Of a DNA stretch of 64,000 nt, positions 27,005-36,374 are shown piece by piece. Source of the stretch: a virus (Duplodnaviria > Caudoviricetes); IMG/VR virus record IMGVR_UViG_3300017719_000004, positions 1 through 64,000 of that record, one strand, 5' to 3'. Below the pieces are notes generated by a model. It did no database searches. It was not told the DNA's origin and saw only the letters and a list, made by a program, of their open reading frames with translations. Every line of letters begins with the position of its first letter. Within the stretch, counting starts at the first letter, position 1. The translations under genes and the position numbers were made by a program.

Positions 27005-27047
27005 AACTTTGTCGAAGTTCAGAAGCACTGTATCTTAGCTTTGAAGC

Positions 27048-27479
27048 TTAAGCATGAGTTGCAATGCCTGCTCTAGGATCACACTCTAACTGTAGAAGCT
27101 GTTCTAGTTTTTCTTTTGCAGACTTAACGCTTCCTCTGTATCCCATTTTTTCAGATGGTTTTACTTTGCCGCTAGATCTAGTGTTGATTCCCATTCTATC
27201 TTCAGCAGCGTCAATTATATAATTTGTATAATAATCAATCATTTCATTATCACTCTCAACTTCTGTCATTGTAATAATTTGTCTCTTGTCAATAAAATAA
27301 AATTGATCATTAGGAACATGCATCCATGGTTCAACTCTTATAAAAGAGCCTCTTGGTCCATGTATTGTTTCAATACAGACAGGATCTTGTAAAATTAAAG
27401 TGTCGTCTTCTGAAGAAGTAATGGCAAAAATTTCTTCACCAGATACTAATTTGATACTCGCGTAAAAGTCATCGTTCAT
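27048..27479 (-). CDS. Conserved T4-like cyanophage hypothetical protein downstream of uvsW
   Basis: FYASIKLVSGEEIFA...PW...MTE...MGY pattern. Confidence 0.75.
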   Translation of the reverse strand: MNDDFYASIKLVSGEEIFAITSSEDDTLILQDPVCIETIHGPRGSFIRVEPWMHVPNDQFYFIDKRQIITMTEVESDNEMIDYYTNYIIDAAEDRMGINTRSSGKVKPSEKMGYRGSVKSAKEKLEQLLQLECDPRAGIATHA

Positions 27480-28944
27480 GCTTTTCCCTCAGGTTGATAG
27501 TTACCATATCATAATTAAATTTTTCTTCTTTGTAAATTTTAATTCTTTCAATGAGATGGTTTAATGTGTAATTTCTTTTGGAACGAAAAGTACAATCATC
27601 AGCAATATCATAAAGTGTTGCGCTAAATTTGTTAGTGCCTTTTCTAAGAACTCTACCAATCGATTGTAAATTTCTAATTCTTGATTTAGATGGAGATGCA
27701 AATATTACATTATGTAGATTTTTAATATTAATTCCAGTAGAAAAAGTTCCGTAAGAAGCAACAATGATTGAGTTGGTTTCAGTTTCAATAATGGAACGGG
27801 CTAGTTCTCTATCCTCAACATCTACTCCACCATGGATAAAGAAGACTTTCCGATTTTCTTCTATGTTTTTATTTATCATATCAAAAAGAACCCTTCCATG
27901 ATCCTCAACTCTTGCAAAGAGTACTAGAGTATTTCCTTTTAAGTCTAAGCTTAAATTTTTAATAAATTTATTTCTTTTGTCGTGAGAAATTAAGTAATCA
28001 ATTTCTTCTAAGTATGAATCAAATACTCTCTCATCATGTTTTAACAAAAGAATCTTAGCATTTAGTTTTGCCAGATACCCTTTGTTCATTAGTTCCTCGG
28101 TACGAACTAACTTGTAAGATGGTCCAAACAATCCCTCTAGCACCCACTTATGAGTTTGTGTTCCGTCTAGTGTGCCAGTAAAACCAAAACGATATTTTGC
28201 TTGATGTAACTTAGTCATGATATTAGTAAGAGACTTTGCCTTAAACAAATGAGCCTCATCGCCAATCACGACATTGAATCGTTCAAAATAACTTTTCTCC
28301 AACTTATAGATAGATTGCCAGGTTGTTATTACGACAGGTGATTTTGCCTCTCGTTCCTTACCTGCATAAATTTTTTGACAATATGAAGAAGCATCCCATC
28401 CATACTCCTCAAAGTCCTTATGCATCTGCTCTACCAGAGATGTCGTTGGAACAACTAGGAGGATATTTTGTTTGCGCTCTGTATAGTACCTCACGATTGA
28501 GTAAATCATCAAAGATTTGCCGGAGGCTGTTGGGCTTATCACTAACCTTCTATTGTGTCTTAGAGCATCGTATACTCCCTCTACTTGATAGTCACGAGGT
28601 TGACGATTACAAATAGTCAGCATATAATCTTTGATTCCTTCTTTAGAGATAAATTCATTCTCTTCGTAAGGTGTACCATAGAATTTATTATCGCAAAATT
28701 CATATTCATATCCTTGTCTTTTACAAAAGGATACCAACTTATCTAATAATCCAACATACAACTCTCTAGTATGTGTTGAGAATAATCTAATTTTTCCATC
28801 CCAGTATCTTTTACGATACTGATTCATGTACTTAGCACCTTCAATATCAAATGAAAAGTGATCAGATAATTCTTGATATACATGAGGCTCAGATTCAATC
28901 TTTAAAAAGACTTCATTCTTCTTGGACACGACTAACTTAGTCAT
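27469..28944 (-). CDS. uvsW: SF2 DNA helicase UvsW
   Basis: PRDYQ, SPTASGKS, GDEAH, GFTGT, QSIGRVLR; likely start MTKLVV at 28944. Confidence 0.95.
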   Translation of the reverse strand: MTKLVVSKKNEVFLKIESEPHVYQELSDHFSFDIEGAKYMNQYRKRYWDGKIRLFSTHTRELYVGLLDKLVSFCKRQGYEYEFCDNKFYGTPYEENEFISKEGIKDYMLTICNRQPRDYQVEGVYDALRHNRRLVISPTASGKSLMIYSIVRYYTERKQNILLVVPTTSLVEQMHKDFEEYGWDASSYCQKIYAGKEREAKSPVVITTWQSIYKLEKSYFERFNVVIGDEAHLFKAKSLTNIMTKLHQAKYRFGFTGTLDGTQTHKWVLEGLFGPSYKLVRTEELMNKGYLAKLNAKILLLKHDERVFDSYLEEIDYLISHDKRNKFIKNLSLDLKGNTLVLFARVEDHGRVLFDMINKNIEENRKVFFIHGGVDVEDRELARSIIETETNSIIVASYGTFSTGINIKNLHNVIFASPSKSRIRNLQSIGRVLRKGTNKFSATLYDIADDCTFRSKRNYTLNHLIERIKIYKEEKFNYDMVTINLREKHER

Positions 28945-28946
28945 CG

Positions 28947-29372
28947 TTACCCCGCACGAAAATTGTGCCAATCGATAATATTTTTAATCAGATATCCCCT
29001 GTTGCTTACCTGTTTGATAATATCTTCCAGGTATGTCAACATGACATCGTAGTATTTAATTTTTAAAGATGCTGTCTGAACTTTTTCATCAGCTAGCATA
29101 TATCTTTGTACTGCATCTTTCTCCCTAACTTTGTAAGGAAAAGGATCGGTCTCATAAACCTTGGGATCTGATTTACCCGTATAATACAAGTGTCTTTCTA
29201 ACTTAATCTTATTCTCTAAAGTTGTTGCTCTTTCTCTTAACAACTTTATATTGTTGTAGATATCAAAATATTTTGCATGAAGAGATGGAATCTTCGCTGC
29301 CTCATCATGTAAGTTGTCTTGATCAATCTGTGAGTCTTTCTCCCACATACTTTGTATAGTCTCAAGATCCAT
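28947..29372 (-). CDS. uvsY: Recombination mediator UvsY
   Basis: W.KDS.ID...IPSLHAKY...YYTGK...RGYLIKNIIDW; position between gp3 and uvsW. Confidence 0.9.
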   Translation of the reverse strand: MDLETIQSMWEKDSQIDQDNLHDEAAKIPSLHAKYFDIYNNIKLLRERATTLENKIKLERHLYYTGKSDPKVYETDPFPYKVREKDAVQRYMLADEKVQTASLKIKYYDVMLTYLEDIIKQVSNRGYLIKNIIDWHNFRAG

Positions 29373-29375
29373 AAG

Positions 29376-29906
29376 TTAAGTCGCAGCTTCAATAGTGTAG
29401 AACAGATACTTAAATGTCACTGTTGCTGTAAAGTATGTATAATCAGTTTCGGTGGCAGTAAATTCGAGAGAACTCAGTGATACTGGGAACAAATCTCTAA
29501 ATTTAACCCTAGCACTTACATTGAAATTGCTATTTAAAATAGCTAGAGTTCCATCACTAAACTGCTCTTTAGTATCTTTAGACCCGTCTGCAGCTGTAAT
29601 TAAAGTCTTAAAGTCATCCACACTCTCAGGATATCCAAGACCATAGATCCAGTTATGAATTTCTAGATAATTTTCTAAATCTTCATCTACAATAAACTGT
29701 AGAGTGAGATCTTCAAATTGAATATTGTCACCAGGAAGGTCAATAGACTTCAAGTAGTTTCCAACCTTTACATTTCCTAATTGGATACCAGGAATCTTTG
29801 CACTGTTAGAAAAGAAATCTACTTTGGGAGTTTTTACAATATTGAATTTAAATCCCGTAGGAGACAGATAATTTTTGTTTTCTATCTGCTTGCCGAGGAA
29901 GGACAT
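29376..29906 (-). CDS. 3: Tail completion / sheath stabiliser (T4 gp3)
   Basis: NYLSPTGFKF, FIVDEDLENYLEIHNW, SDGTL, FPVSLSSL.F; late promoter CTAAATA at 29916-29922. Confidence 0.9.
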   Translation of the reverse strand: MSFLGKQIENKNYLSPTGFKFNIVKTPKVDFFSNSAKIPGIQLGNVKVGNYLKSIDLPGDNIQFEDLTLQFIVDEDLENYLEIHNWIYGLGYPESVDDFKTLITAADGSKDTKEQFSDGTLAILNSNFNVSARVKFRDLFPVSLSSLEFTATETDYTYFTATVTFKYLFYTIEAAT

Positions 29907-29924
29907 TTTTATTTTTATTTAGAC

Positions 29925-29950
29925 AAAAAAAGAGACCCTTTCGGGTCTCT
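29925..29950 (-). terminator. Rho-independent terminator
   Basis: AGAGACCC-GAAA-GGGTCTCT followed by T6. Confidence 0.85.
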
Positions 29951-29979
29951 CACTTCCTTCACACGGAATCTCTATTCTA

Positions 29980-30156
29980 TCATAAAAGCACCTCTTTGCA
30001 TATCCTCTTACATTCCGGCGCACTTAACGAATCGCATTCTATCAAACATTCATAATAGTCATTCTCCCTTTGTTGCTGCTCTACAGCAAAGTCATCAGCA
30101 GTCTGTTCAAAATTTCTCCACTCATCTAATTGAGCTCGAGACAGTAAGTTATGCAT
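29980..30156 (-). CDS. Small Cys-rich protein, 58 aa (CX3C-X7-CX3C)
   Basis: MHNLLSRAQLDEWRNFEQ...NDYYECLIECDSLSAPECKRICKEVLL; AAGGTGG SD, own late promoter (30226-30232) and terminator; not in the track. Confidence 0.75.
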   Translation of the reverse strand: MHNLLSRAQLDEWRNFEQTADDFAVEQQQRENDYYECLIECDSLSAPECKRICKEVLL

Positions 30157-30272
30157 TTGTCCACCTTAAGTTTAGAAATATAATATAAAGGGTTTTCAGA
30201 TCATGGTAGTATCTAATTCTATTACTATTTAGTCAGCGTATGCTAACTTAATGAAGTAAACTAAAAATTCAT

Positions 30273-30298
30273 AAAAAAAAGGACCTCCGAAGAGGTCC
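30273..30298 (-). terminator. gp23 terminator with CUUCGG tetraloop
   Basis: GGACCTC-TTCG-GAGGTCC followed by T8. Confidence 0.9.
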
Positions 30299-30323
30299 CA
30301 GTGTTAAGTATGTGAGATATAAA

Positions 30324-31769
30324 TCACATGAGGTTCTTAACAACAGTACGCTGATAGTAGCGGTTGCTGTTAGAGGTGATGCGACCCAAACCTTGAGCGG
30401 TGCCTTCAGCGAAGGGGTTGGAGACAAGACCGTAGCGGGTCTTGAAGCCAATTTTGGGCTGGAAGCTGTTCTCACCAACGGCGCGAACCATTTGGAGGGG
30501 AACATAAGGACAGTAGAAGAGACCAGCGTCATAAGGGCTAGTACCCTTATAGCCAACAACATAGTACTGATTAGCAGCAGAGTTAGCAGCGAAGGGGTCG
30601 ATGTAGACTCTGTACTTACCGTTGATAGTACCAGCGAAGGTGTTGCCGGTGTCGTCAACCTGAAGGTTAGCGTTAAGGGCAGGGGTGTAATCAAGTACAC
30701 CAGCCATCGTCAGAGCGGAAGCAACATCAGCAGATGTCATGATGATGTTACCCTTCCCTCTACGAGTTCTTTGGGCGATTCTGTTAGCATCTCTTTCGAT
30801 GTTAAACAGAAGACCTTTGAACTTCTCAACAGACCAGCGACCGTTGGAGTCAACATCGAGGTCGAAGAAACCAGCGTTGGCAACATTTGCCTGTGAACCA
30901 GCTTCAGCAGTTTTGTAGATGGTACGAATAACTTCGCGGTTGATTTCAGCAAGGATTTCGCTAGACAGGATGTTAGCGAGTTCTGCTTCAGCGTTAAGAC
31001 CGTGGATAGCACGAAGGTCTTGTGCCAATTCCATGCTGTACTCTGCTTTCAGAGCACGGGACTTAGCGGTAACAGTGACTTTCTCGATCGAGAATGCCAT
31101 CTCGTTGAAGTCGCCATTGCTGCCGTCTCCGAGTGCCTCAGAGTCGCCAGTAGCCATACCTTGACCCAGTGAATACTGAGATTGTACAGCGTCGGAAGCA
31201 GTGCCTTCGAGGATTGCGGGGTTAGTACCACGCTGAACGCCAGTAGAACCGAAACCAACAGTACCGTCGTCATCAACAGCAGAGGTGTAATCACCTTGTG
31301 TTGCCTGACCGATGTTTGTACCTGCCTTGTTGGCAGAGAATGCGGAATCTGGCTCGTCGAAGAACGACTCAGTACCAGCCTGATTGGTGTAGCGTGAACG
31401 CATTGCGAAGATCAGTCCTGTAGGACCGTTCATCGGCTGAACGCCAGCGAGTTCATAAGCAACCAGATTCGGCATCGAGCGGCGAATCAGGCTGATCAGA
31501 ACGGGATCGAAACCGGCGGTAGGACCAGCAGCAGCAGAACCGCCACTGAAAGCACCAGAAGCACCTACAGCGTTGCCGCTGTTAGTAGGAGCAGCTTCTG
31601 AGAGCATACCATTGCCGCTTTCAAAAGCAGATTGCTCTTTGAGGAAACGCTCTTGGTTCTCAAGGAGAACAGCAGTTGTAGAACGACGGTGCGCGTCCTT
31701 AATAGGATCAACGCCTTCGGCGTCGAGAAGTGGACCCCACTTCTCCATTAATGATTCTTGATTGTACAT
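30324..31769 (-). CDS. 23: Major capsid protein (T4 gp23)
   Basis: FDPVLISLIRRSMPNL, GVQPM.GPTGLIFAMR, SRALKAEYS.ELAQDL, YCPYVPL, FQPKIGFKTRYG. Confidence 0.98.
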   Translation of the reverse strand: MYNQESLMEKWGPLLDAEGVDPIKDAHRRSTTAVLLENQERFLKEQSAFESGNGMLSEAAPTNSGNAVGASGAFSGGSAAAGPTAGFDPVLISLIRRSMPNLVAYELAGVQPMNGPTGLIFAMRSRYTNQAGTESFFDEPDSAFSANKAGTNIGQATQGDYTSAVDDDGTVGFGSTGVQRGTNPAILEGTASDAVQSQYSLGQGMATGDSEALGDGSNGDFNEMAFSIEKVTVTAKSRALKAEYSMELAQDLRAIHGLNAEAELANILSSEILAEINREVIRTIYKTAEAGSQANVANAGFFDLDVDSNGRWSVEKFKGLLFNIERDANRIAQRTRRGKGNIIMTSADVASALTMAGVLDYTPALNANLQVDDTGNTFAGTINGKYRVYIDPFAANSAANQYYVVGYKGTSPYDAGLFYCPYVPLQMVRAVGENSFQPKIGFKTRYGLVSNPFAEGTAQGLGRITSNSNRYYQRTVVKNLM

Positions 31770-31799
31770 TAGATTTAGTGTTTAAATTTGCGGAGTTTT

Positions 31800-32846
31800 T
31801 TACTTCATCCCAAGGGCTTTCAAATACTGGGTCATTGAAGCAGATGCCTCAACACCAGTCTCTGAGGTCACGCCCTCAGACAGTGTTTCCACTTTGTTAG
31901 AAACTGACTTTTGCTCACCGGGAAAATACGATTCCTTCAGTGTAACCAGCTTCTCACGATAAGATTCTTCACCCTCAAACTCAACACCTTCAGACAATGC
32001 GATTAGTTTCTCTCTTTGTGTTACAGCAAGACCCTCGGTTACTTCACGGAAAATTCCATCAGCTGTAGATTCGCCAAGGCGCTTGTTAAGAGAAATGTTA
32101 GCTTCGATCTGTTCGTTAAGTCTGCCTTCCATTTCATCAAGTTTGGAGACCATACTCTCCAAGACATCATATTTCTCATCAGGGATGTGTACATAATGAT
32201 CTTCAAATAGACCTCTCATTCCTTGCAGGAACGATTCGGTCATTTCGGTCTTGAGACCGTGCTCAACTTCAATCTTGTTCTCGGAGATCCACTCTTCAGA
32301 AACATACTCAAGGTATGCATCGACGCGCTCTACGAGTTCTGACTTAACAGACTCAAGATGTTCGGTAAGTTGCTCTTCGTATTGTGCAGCCATCTCTTCT
32401 TGGACTTCGGTTACTTTAGCAGTAACTACAGCCTCAAAGATTGTGCGGGCTTTTAATTGAAACTCTTCGGAAAGTTCTTCGCCGCCAAAAAGGGCAGAAA
32501 GATCTTCTTCAATATCAACAGAAGGAGTTGCCTCCTCTTGCGTGGACTCATCTTCAGCTACAACTTCTTGCTCGCCTTCTACTTCGACGGTATCGCCAGC
32601 AGAAAGACTTTGCATTGGTTCGGCAGCTTTAGCGCCACGATTTACGACATCTTTAACAGTTTTAACTTTGGGTTCTGCGAGTTTCGCTGAATCATCGTCG
32701 GCTTTGTAGTTCTCGGGGGTAGGCCCACCAAGATCTTGTACAGCAGCCAAACCAGTTCCAGGATCAGAAAGCTTAGGCATAGCCTCAGCTCCTTTCGCAC
32801 CCCTTGTTACGGGATTTTCCATTTCTTGTAATTCCTTAGCGGACAT
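31800..32846 (-). CDS. 22: Prohead scaffold/core protein (T4 gp22)
   Basis: LSEEF..KA.TIFEA, VDAYLEYV.EEW, LKESYF; perfect T4 late promoter TATAAATA at 32892-32899. Confidence 0.93.
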   Translation of the reverse strand: MSAKELQEMENPVTRGAKGAEAMPKLSDPGTGLAAVQDLGGPTPENYKADDDSAKLAEPKVKTVKDVVNRGAKAAEPMQSLSAGDTVEVEGEQEVVAEDESTQEEATPSVDIEEDLSALFGGEELSEEFQLKARTIFEAVVTAKVTEVQEEMAAQYEEQLTEHLESVKSELVERVDAYLEYVSEEWISENKIEVEHGLKTEMTESFLQGMRGLFEDHYVHIPDEKYDVLESMVSKLDEMEGRLNEQIEANISLNKRLGESTADGIFREVTEGLAVTQREKLIALSEGVEFEGEESYREKLVTLKESYFPGEQKSVSNKVETLSEGVTSETGVEASASMTQYLKALGMK

Positions 32847-32901
32847 TGGTGAACTCTCCGATTAGATCGTTATCTAGATATAATCTATATTTATTTATAA
32901 A

Positions 32902-33552
32902 TTAGAGACTTGACAGGAACTTGTTGAATAATGCCAACTTGTTCTCCTGCAATGCTCTTTCATCAACTAGGGTATTAATTTGCTTGTATGTCTTCTCCAC
33001 GAGTTTTTCGCGGACAATACTACCATCCATTACCCAGTCTTTTCCTTCCATGATTCCCGATACAAATGCATCAGGTGCGGAGGGGTCTGCTACAATATCA
33101 GCAGCAGTTGCAAGCATAAAATCGTTAGAAACGATCTTAATACCATTCTCATTTACCGCTAAAGTTCCAAGACCACGGGAAGAAACTCCCAACTTGACAC
33201 CTTCATCAATAAGATTTTGTGCAATCTTACCCATGGGGGTGTTGAGAATTTTAGCTTTACCTACAAAATTAGTTCCCTCTTCTCTGAGAGATGTAATTTT
33301 ATGAGATACGCGATCCAGGTTGAGGGTAGGTCCTTCAGGATGTCCAAGTTCTCCAAGAGCTCTGCCTTTACCGACAAAACTTTCGTTGTAACGACTGACT
33401 TCCCTACGGAGAGTATCCATAGGATACATCCGACCATTGCGGTTCTGGATGTCACCCTGTAGGAAAACTCCCTCAATATACATTGATTTCACGCCTTTGC
33501 GTTCTTCAACGATAACTTCAACCTGTTCGATTTCTTCCGTGATAAGTTTCAT
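32902..33552 (-). CDS. 21: Prohead protease (T4 gp21)
   Basis: IEGVFLQ..NRNGRMY, ALGELGHP, LGVSSRGLG, DIVADPSAPDAFV. Confidence 0.96.
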   Translation of the reverse strand: MKLITEEIEQVEVIVEERKGVKSMYIEGVFLQGDIQNRNGRMYPMDTLRREVSRYNESFVGKGRALGELGHPEGPTLNLDRVSHKITSLREEGTNFVGKAKILNTPMGKIAQNLIDEGVKLGVSSRGLGTLAVNENGIKIVSNDFMLATAADIVADPSAPDAFVSGIMEGKDWVMDGSIVREKLVEKTYKQINTLVDERALQENKLALFNKFLSSL

Positions 33553-33557
33553 TGTTT

Positions 33558-33827
33558 TTATGCGGTAAATCCTACTTTTGCACCTTTTACTGTTGTGGCA
33601 CTAGCAAACACACATTGCGTTGGTTGTTTTTCCAAAAATTCAACCGAACCTGCTGCCATCGTCATAGAACCAATAGCAGTTCCACTTTGAGTTTCAACAA
33701 GACTTACGACTGCCGTAGCTGCTGCAGTATTTACTAAACGAACAACTGTTGCTTGAGTAAAACTAGTTGCGGCACCAGTTGTTGTCGGACAAGCAATTTC
33801 TGCTCCCTTTAATAAGGTTCTTGCCAT
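33558..33827 (-). CDS. Hypothetical 89-aa protein in the head module
   Basis: ORF packed between the head genes. Confidence 0.7.
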   Translation of the reverse strand: MARTLLKGAEIACPTTTGAATSFTQATVVRLVNTAAATAVVSLVETQSGTAIGSMTMAAGSVEFLEKQPTQCVFASATTVKGAKVGFTA

Positions 33828-33997
33828 TATTCTTGGTCCTCGGTTTCTTGAGATGGTTCACCAAATAAATTAGCTGCAGATGGTTGACGCAAAGCGTCTA
33901 CTTTAGAGGCAGCTTTTTGGTAAAGGAGATCTTTAATTTGGTCACTAATATTCACAGCAGACGAATCCGTCGCAATCATATTTACTAGTTCTTCCAT
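33827..33997 (-). CDS. Small prohead-core-like protein, 56 aa (gp67-like position)
   Basis: MEELVNMIATDSSAVNISDQIKDLLYQKAASKVDALRQPSAANLFGEPSQETEDQE; late promoter ATAAATA at 34021-34027. Confidence 0.7.
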   Translation of the reverse strand: MEELVNMIATDSSAVNISDQIKDLLYQKAASKVDALRQPSAANLFGEPSQETEDQE

Positions 33998-34026
33998 GGA
34001 TATAAGTCAGATATATAACTTATTTA

Positions 34027-35682
34027 TCAGATTTCCCCTTCTGATGCTTTTGGTAATTGGGGTTGCGGAGATTGACCTGGCAATGCATTAGGGTCTTCTT
34101 GTCCCTGTAGCATTGGGTCTCCTGCTTCCATCTCAAGCATTTGTTGATTTGGATCTGGGAGAACTCCAGACGCAATTTCTTCTTCAATTTGTTGATCAAT
34201 CTCAACAATTTCTTGATCTCTTTGGCGCAGAACTTGACGCCGAATATACTCGGTAGAGTAATAGCGTCCTGCATAAGGTTCAATCATTGCAAGAAGTCCT
34301 AAACGACCTTCAAGTAATTCTTTATCTTTAAGCTCTGCAAAGTGATTATCATATAAGAAGTCAAACTGAATGTGCTCAGACATCACTTCCCAATCTGAGG
34401 GAGTAACAACATTCTTAAGGAGTAGTTGTGTCTTGAGCATATCCATAAACATTGCACTAAAACGCTTACGGAGACGACCAACAAACTTAGAGAACTTTAG
34501 TTCATCTCTTAAAATTTCAGAAGAACGACCGAGATTGAAACCATCACCAGAACCAGCGATTCTAGATTCAGGCACACCTAAAGATCTATAGAGTTTGGAT
34601 TGGAAGTATTCAATATCAGCAAGTTCGCCAAGATTTTGACCACCAGGAAGTGTGGTAATTTCTGTGCCACGACCACCCTCACGGCGAGGAAGCCAGAAGT
34701 CTTCCAGCATACTCATCATTTTTTTGTCGTCACGAATCTCACCGCTGTTGGAATCATACACCAACTTATTACGGTAGCGCATCATTACTTCACGAAGGTA
34801 TTGCTCTGCTTTTACCTTAGGAAGATTGCCAACATCAATGTAGAAAATACGGCGCTCTGGTGCGCGTGACAATCTATAGATGACAAGAGAATCTTCAATC
34901 ATTCTAAGTTGATTGAGAGACTTGATTGCCTTGTGAAGATATGAAAGACCTGATCCTTTATTTCTATCTACAAGACCAGAAGTGCAATATGTAATAGCAT
35001 CTTTTGAAATCTTAATTCCCTTCATAGCAGTGCTACCACCAGGGGAAGCAATGTTTGTTGGGTATTGGGGTTTGGGAGTATACATGAAATACTCCTCAAT
35101 TTCTGGGAAGTATACTTTTTGTTCTTCTCTTACACCACCGCTATTGAAAATATCATTCCGATCATCTTTTTTCTTTTCTTTACGCACATAGCGCATTTTG
35201 AGAGGGTCAATATATCTAAGCTCTTGAATACCTTCTTTTGGATTTTGAATGTCAATTACTTTATTGTAGTATAGTCTACCATCGACATACCAATTTCTAA
35301 AAATCTCATGAGACTTGAGATCAAAGTCTAAAAGATCTTTAATGTGCTTAAATTCTTTGCGGATGATATTTTTAATACCATCACTCGCATTAAGATTTTC
35401 TAGATCAATCTCTACTGGAGAATCATTTTGATCCGAAACAATAGCTTCATTTACAACATCTTCGATCGCATTATCCACCTCTGGGTGGAGAGACATCTCT
35501 CTATATCTTCTGATCAGTTCATGCTCTGATTTGTAGATACCTTCAATATCTACAACTTGACTAGAAAAACCCCCTTGGATATAGTAATCAGCCCCACCCT
35601 CACCTGTAGTGGGAATGGGACTGACTACACCCTTGGGGGTCTTTTCATTATCTTCAATAGAAAATCCGAAGAGTTTCGACAT
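34027..35682 (-). CDS. 20: Portal protein (T4 gp20)
   Basis: WYVDGR, YLHKAIK..NQLRMIEDSLVIYRLSRAPERRIFYIDVGNLPK, EDFWLPRREGGRGTEI. Confidence 0.98.
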   Translation of the reverse strand: MSKLFGFSIEDNEKTPKGVVSPIPTTGEGGADYYIQGGFSSQVVDIEGIYKSEHELIRRYREMSLHPEVDNAIEDVVNEAIVSDQNDSPVEIDLENLNASDGIKNIIRKEFKHIKDLLDFDLKSHEIFRNWYVDGRLYYNKVIDIQNPKEGIQELRYIDPLKMRYVRKEKKKDDRNDIFNSGGVREEQKVYFPEIEEYFMYTPKPQYPTNIASPGGSTAMKGIKISKDAITYCTSGLVDRNKGSGLSYLHKAIKSLNQLRMIEDSLVIYRLSRAPERRIFYIDVGNLPKVKAEQYLREVMMRYRNKLVYDSNSGEIRDDKKMMSMLEDFWLPRREGGRGTEITTLPGGQNLGELADIEYFQSKLYRSLGVPESRIAGSGDGFNLGRSSEILRDELKFSKFVGRLRKRFSAMFMDMLKTQLLLKNVVTPSDWEVMSEHIQFDFLYDNHFAELKDKELLEGRLGLLAMIEPYAGRYYSTEYIRRQVLRQRDQEIVEIDQQIEEEIASGVLPDPNQQMLEMEAGDPMLQGQEDPNALPGQSPQPQLPKASEGEI

Positions 35683-35718
35683 TTTAAATATTTTGTCTTT
35701 GATATCAAAGACTATTTA

Positions 35719-36339
35719 TCAAGCGACATCTCCACCATTTCCGGCAGATTCCCACCACTGTACTTGAAGAGTAACTGTGAACTCTTCAACAGCGTCTGCA
35801 GAATCGTAAGATAGGTCTAACTGTGAGATGTTAGTTGGGAAGACACTATAGAATTTATAGGTTCTAAGAACGGGAAGATTTTGATCCGATTCCTGAGAAT
35901 TAGGTGCAACCGCAGATCTGCCTAATTGATAAACATATGCATCTTTGGTGTAGCTTTCAGGATTAGTAGTACCCGAATTATCAGATACTTTCGACATAGA
36001 ATTCATCCATCTCTCAAAAGAAGAGCGGATTGCAAAGTCCGTGTCGTTAATAACTGTAATAGTCCATTCGTCAAAGGTTCTGTCACCAGCGATCTTAAGA
36101 GTACGACCTCTAAAAGGAACACTAATTGGTGCAATGTTTGACGCGGGAAGAGCAGCTGCCTTCACAAGAAATCTTGCTTTTGCATCAAGATCATTTACTG
36201 AGGAATCTACTACTCCATCTGGAAATGCCAAGACCACCTCAAAGAGGTTAGGTCTTGCAATACCACCAGACAGTCTTGACTTAAACTTGTCAATTGTCCT
36301 GTCTGAAGTCTTTGGGGGATTTTGTTGGTTGATAGCCAT
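35719..36339 (-). CDS. 19: Tail tube protein (T4 gp19)
   Basis: GGIARPNLFEV, FRGRTLKIAGDRTFDEW, EEFTVTLQVQWW. Confidence 0.95.
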   Translation of the reverse strand: MAINQQNPPKTSDRTIDKFKSRLSGGIARPNLFEVVLAFPDGVVDSSVNDLDAKARFLVKAAALPASNIAPISVPFRGRTLKIAGDRTFDEWTITVINDTDFAIRSSFERWMNSMSKVSDNSGTTNPESYTKDAYVYQLGRSAVAPNSQESDQNLPVLRTYKFYSVFPTNISQLDLSYDSADAVEEFTVTLQVQWWESAGNGGDVA

Positions 36340-36374
36340 TGTTTGGGTTCTCCTATGAGTTTAGTATAAGGCGA

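Noticed and set aside
29980-30156. Calling the 58-aa Cys protein CP12
   Set aside because: It lacks the AWD.VEEL core and has different Cys spacing; the resemblance is superficial.
30312-30896. 194-aa plus-strand ORF, and many other plus-strand ORFs such as 6890-7462, 19250-19633 and 54869-55360
   Set aside because: They lie antisense to well-conserved core genes, have no recognisable motifs, and are expected shadows of biased codon usage.
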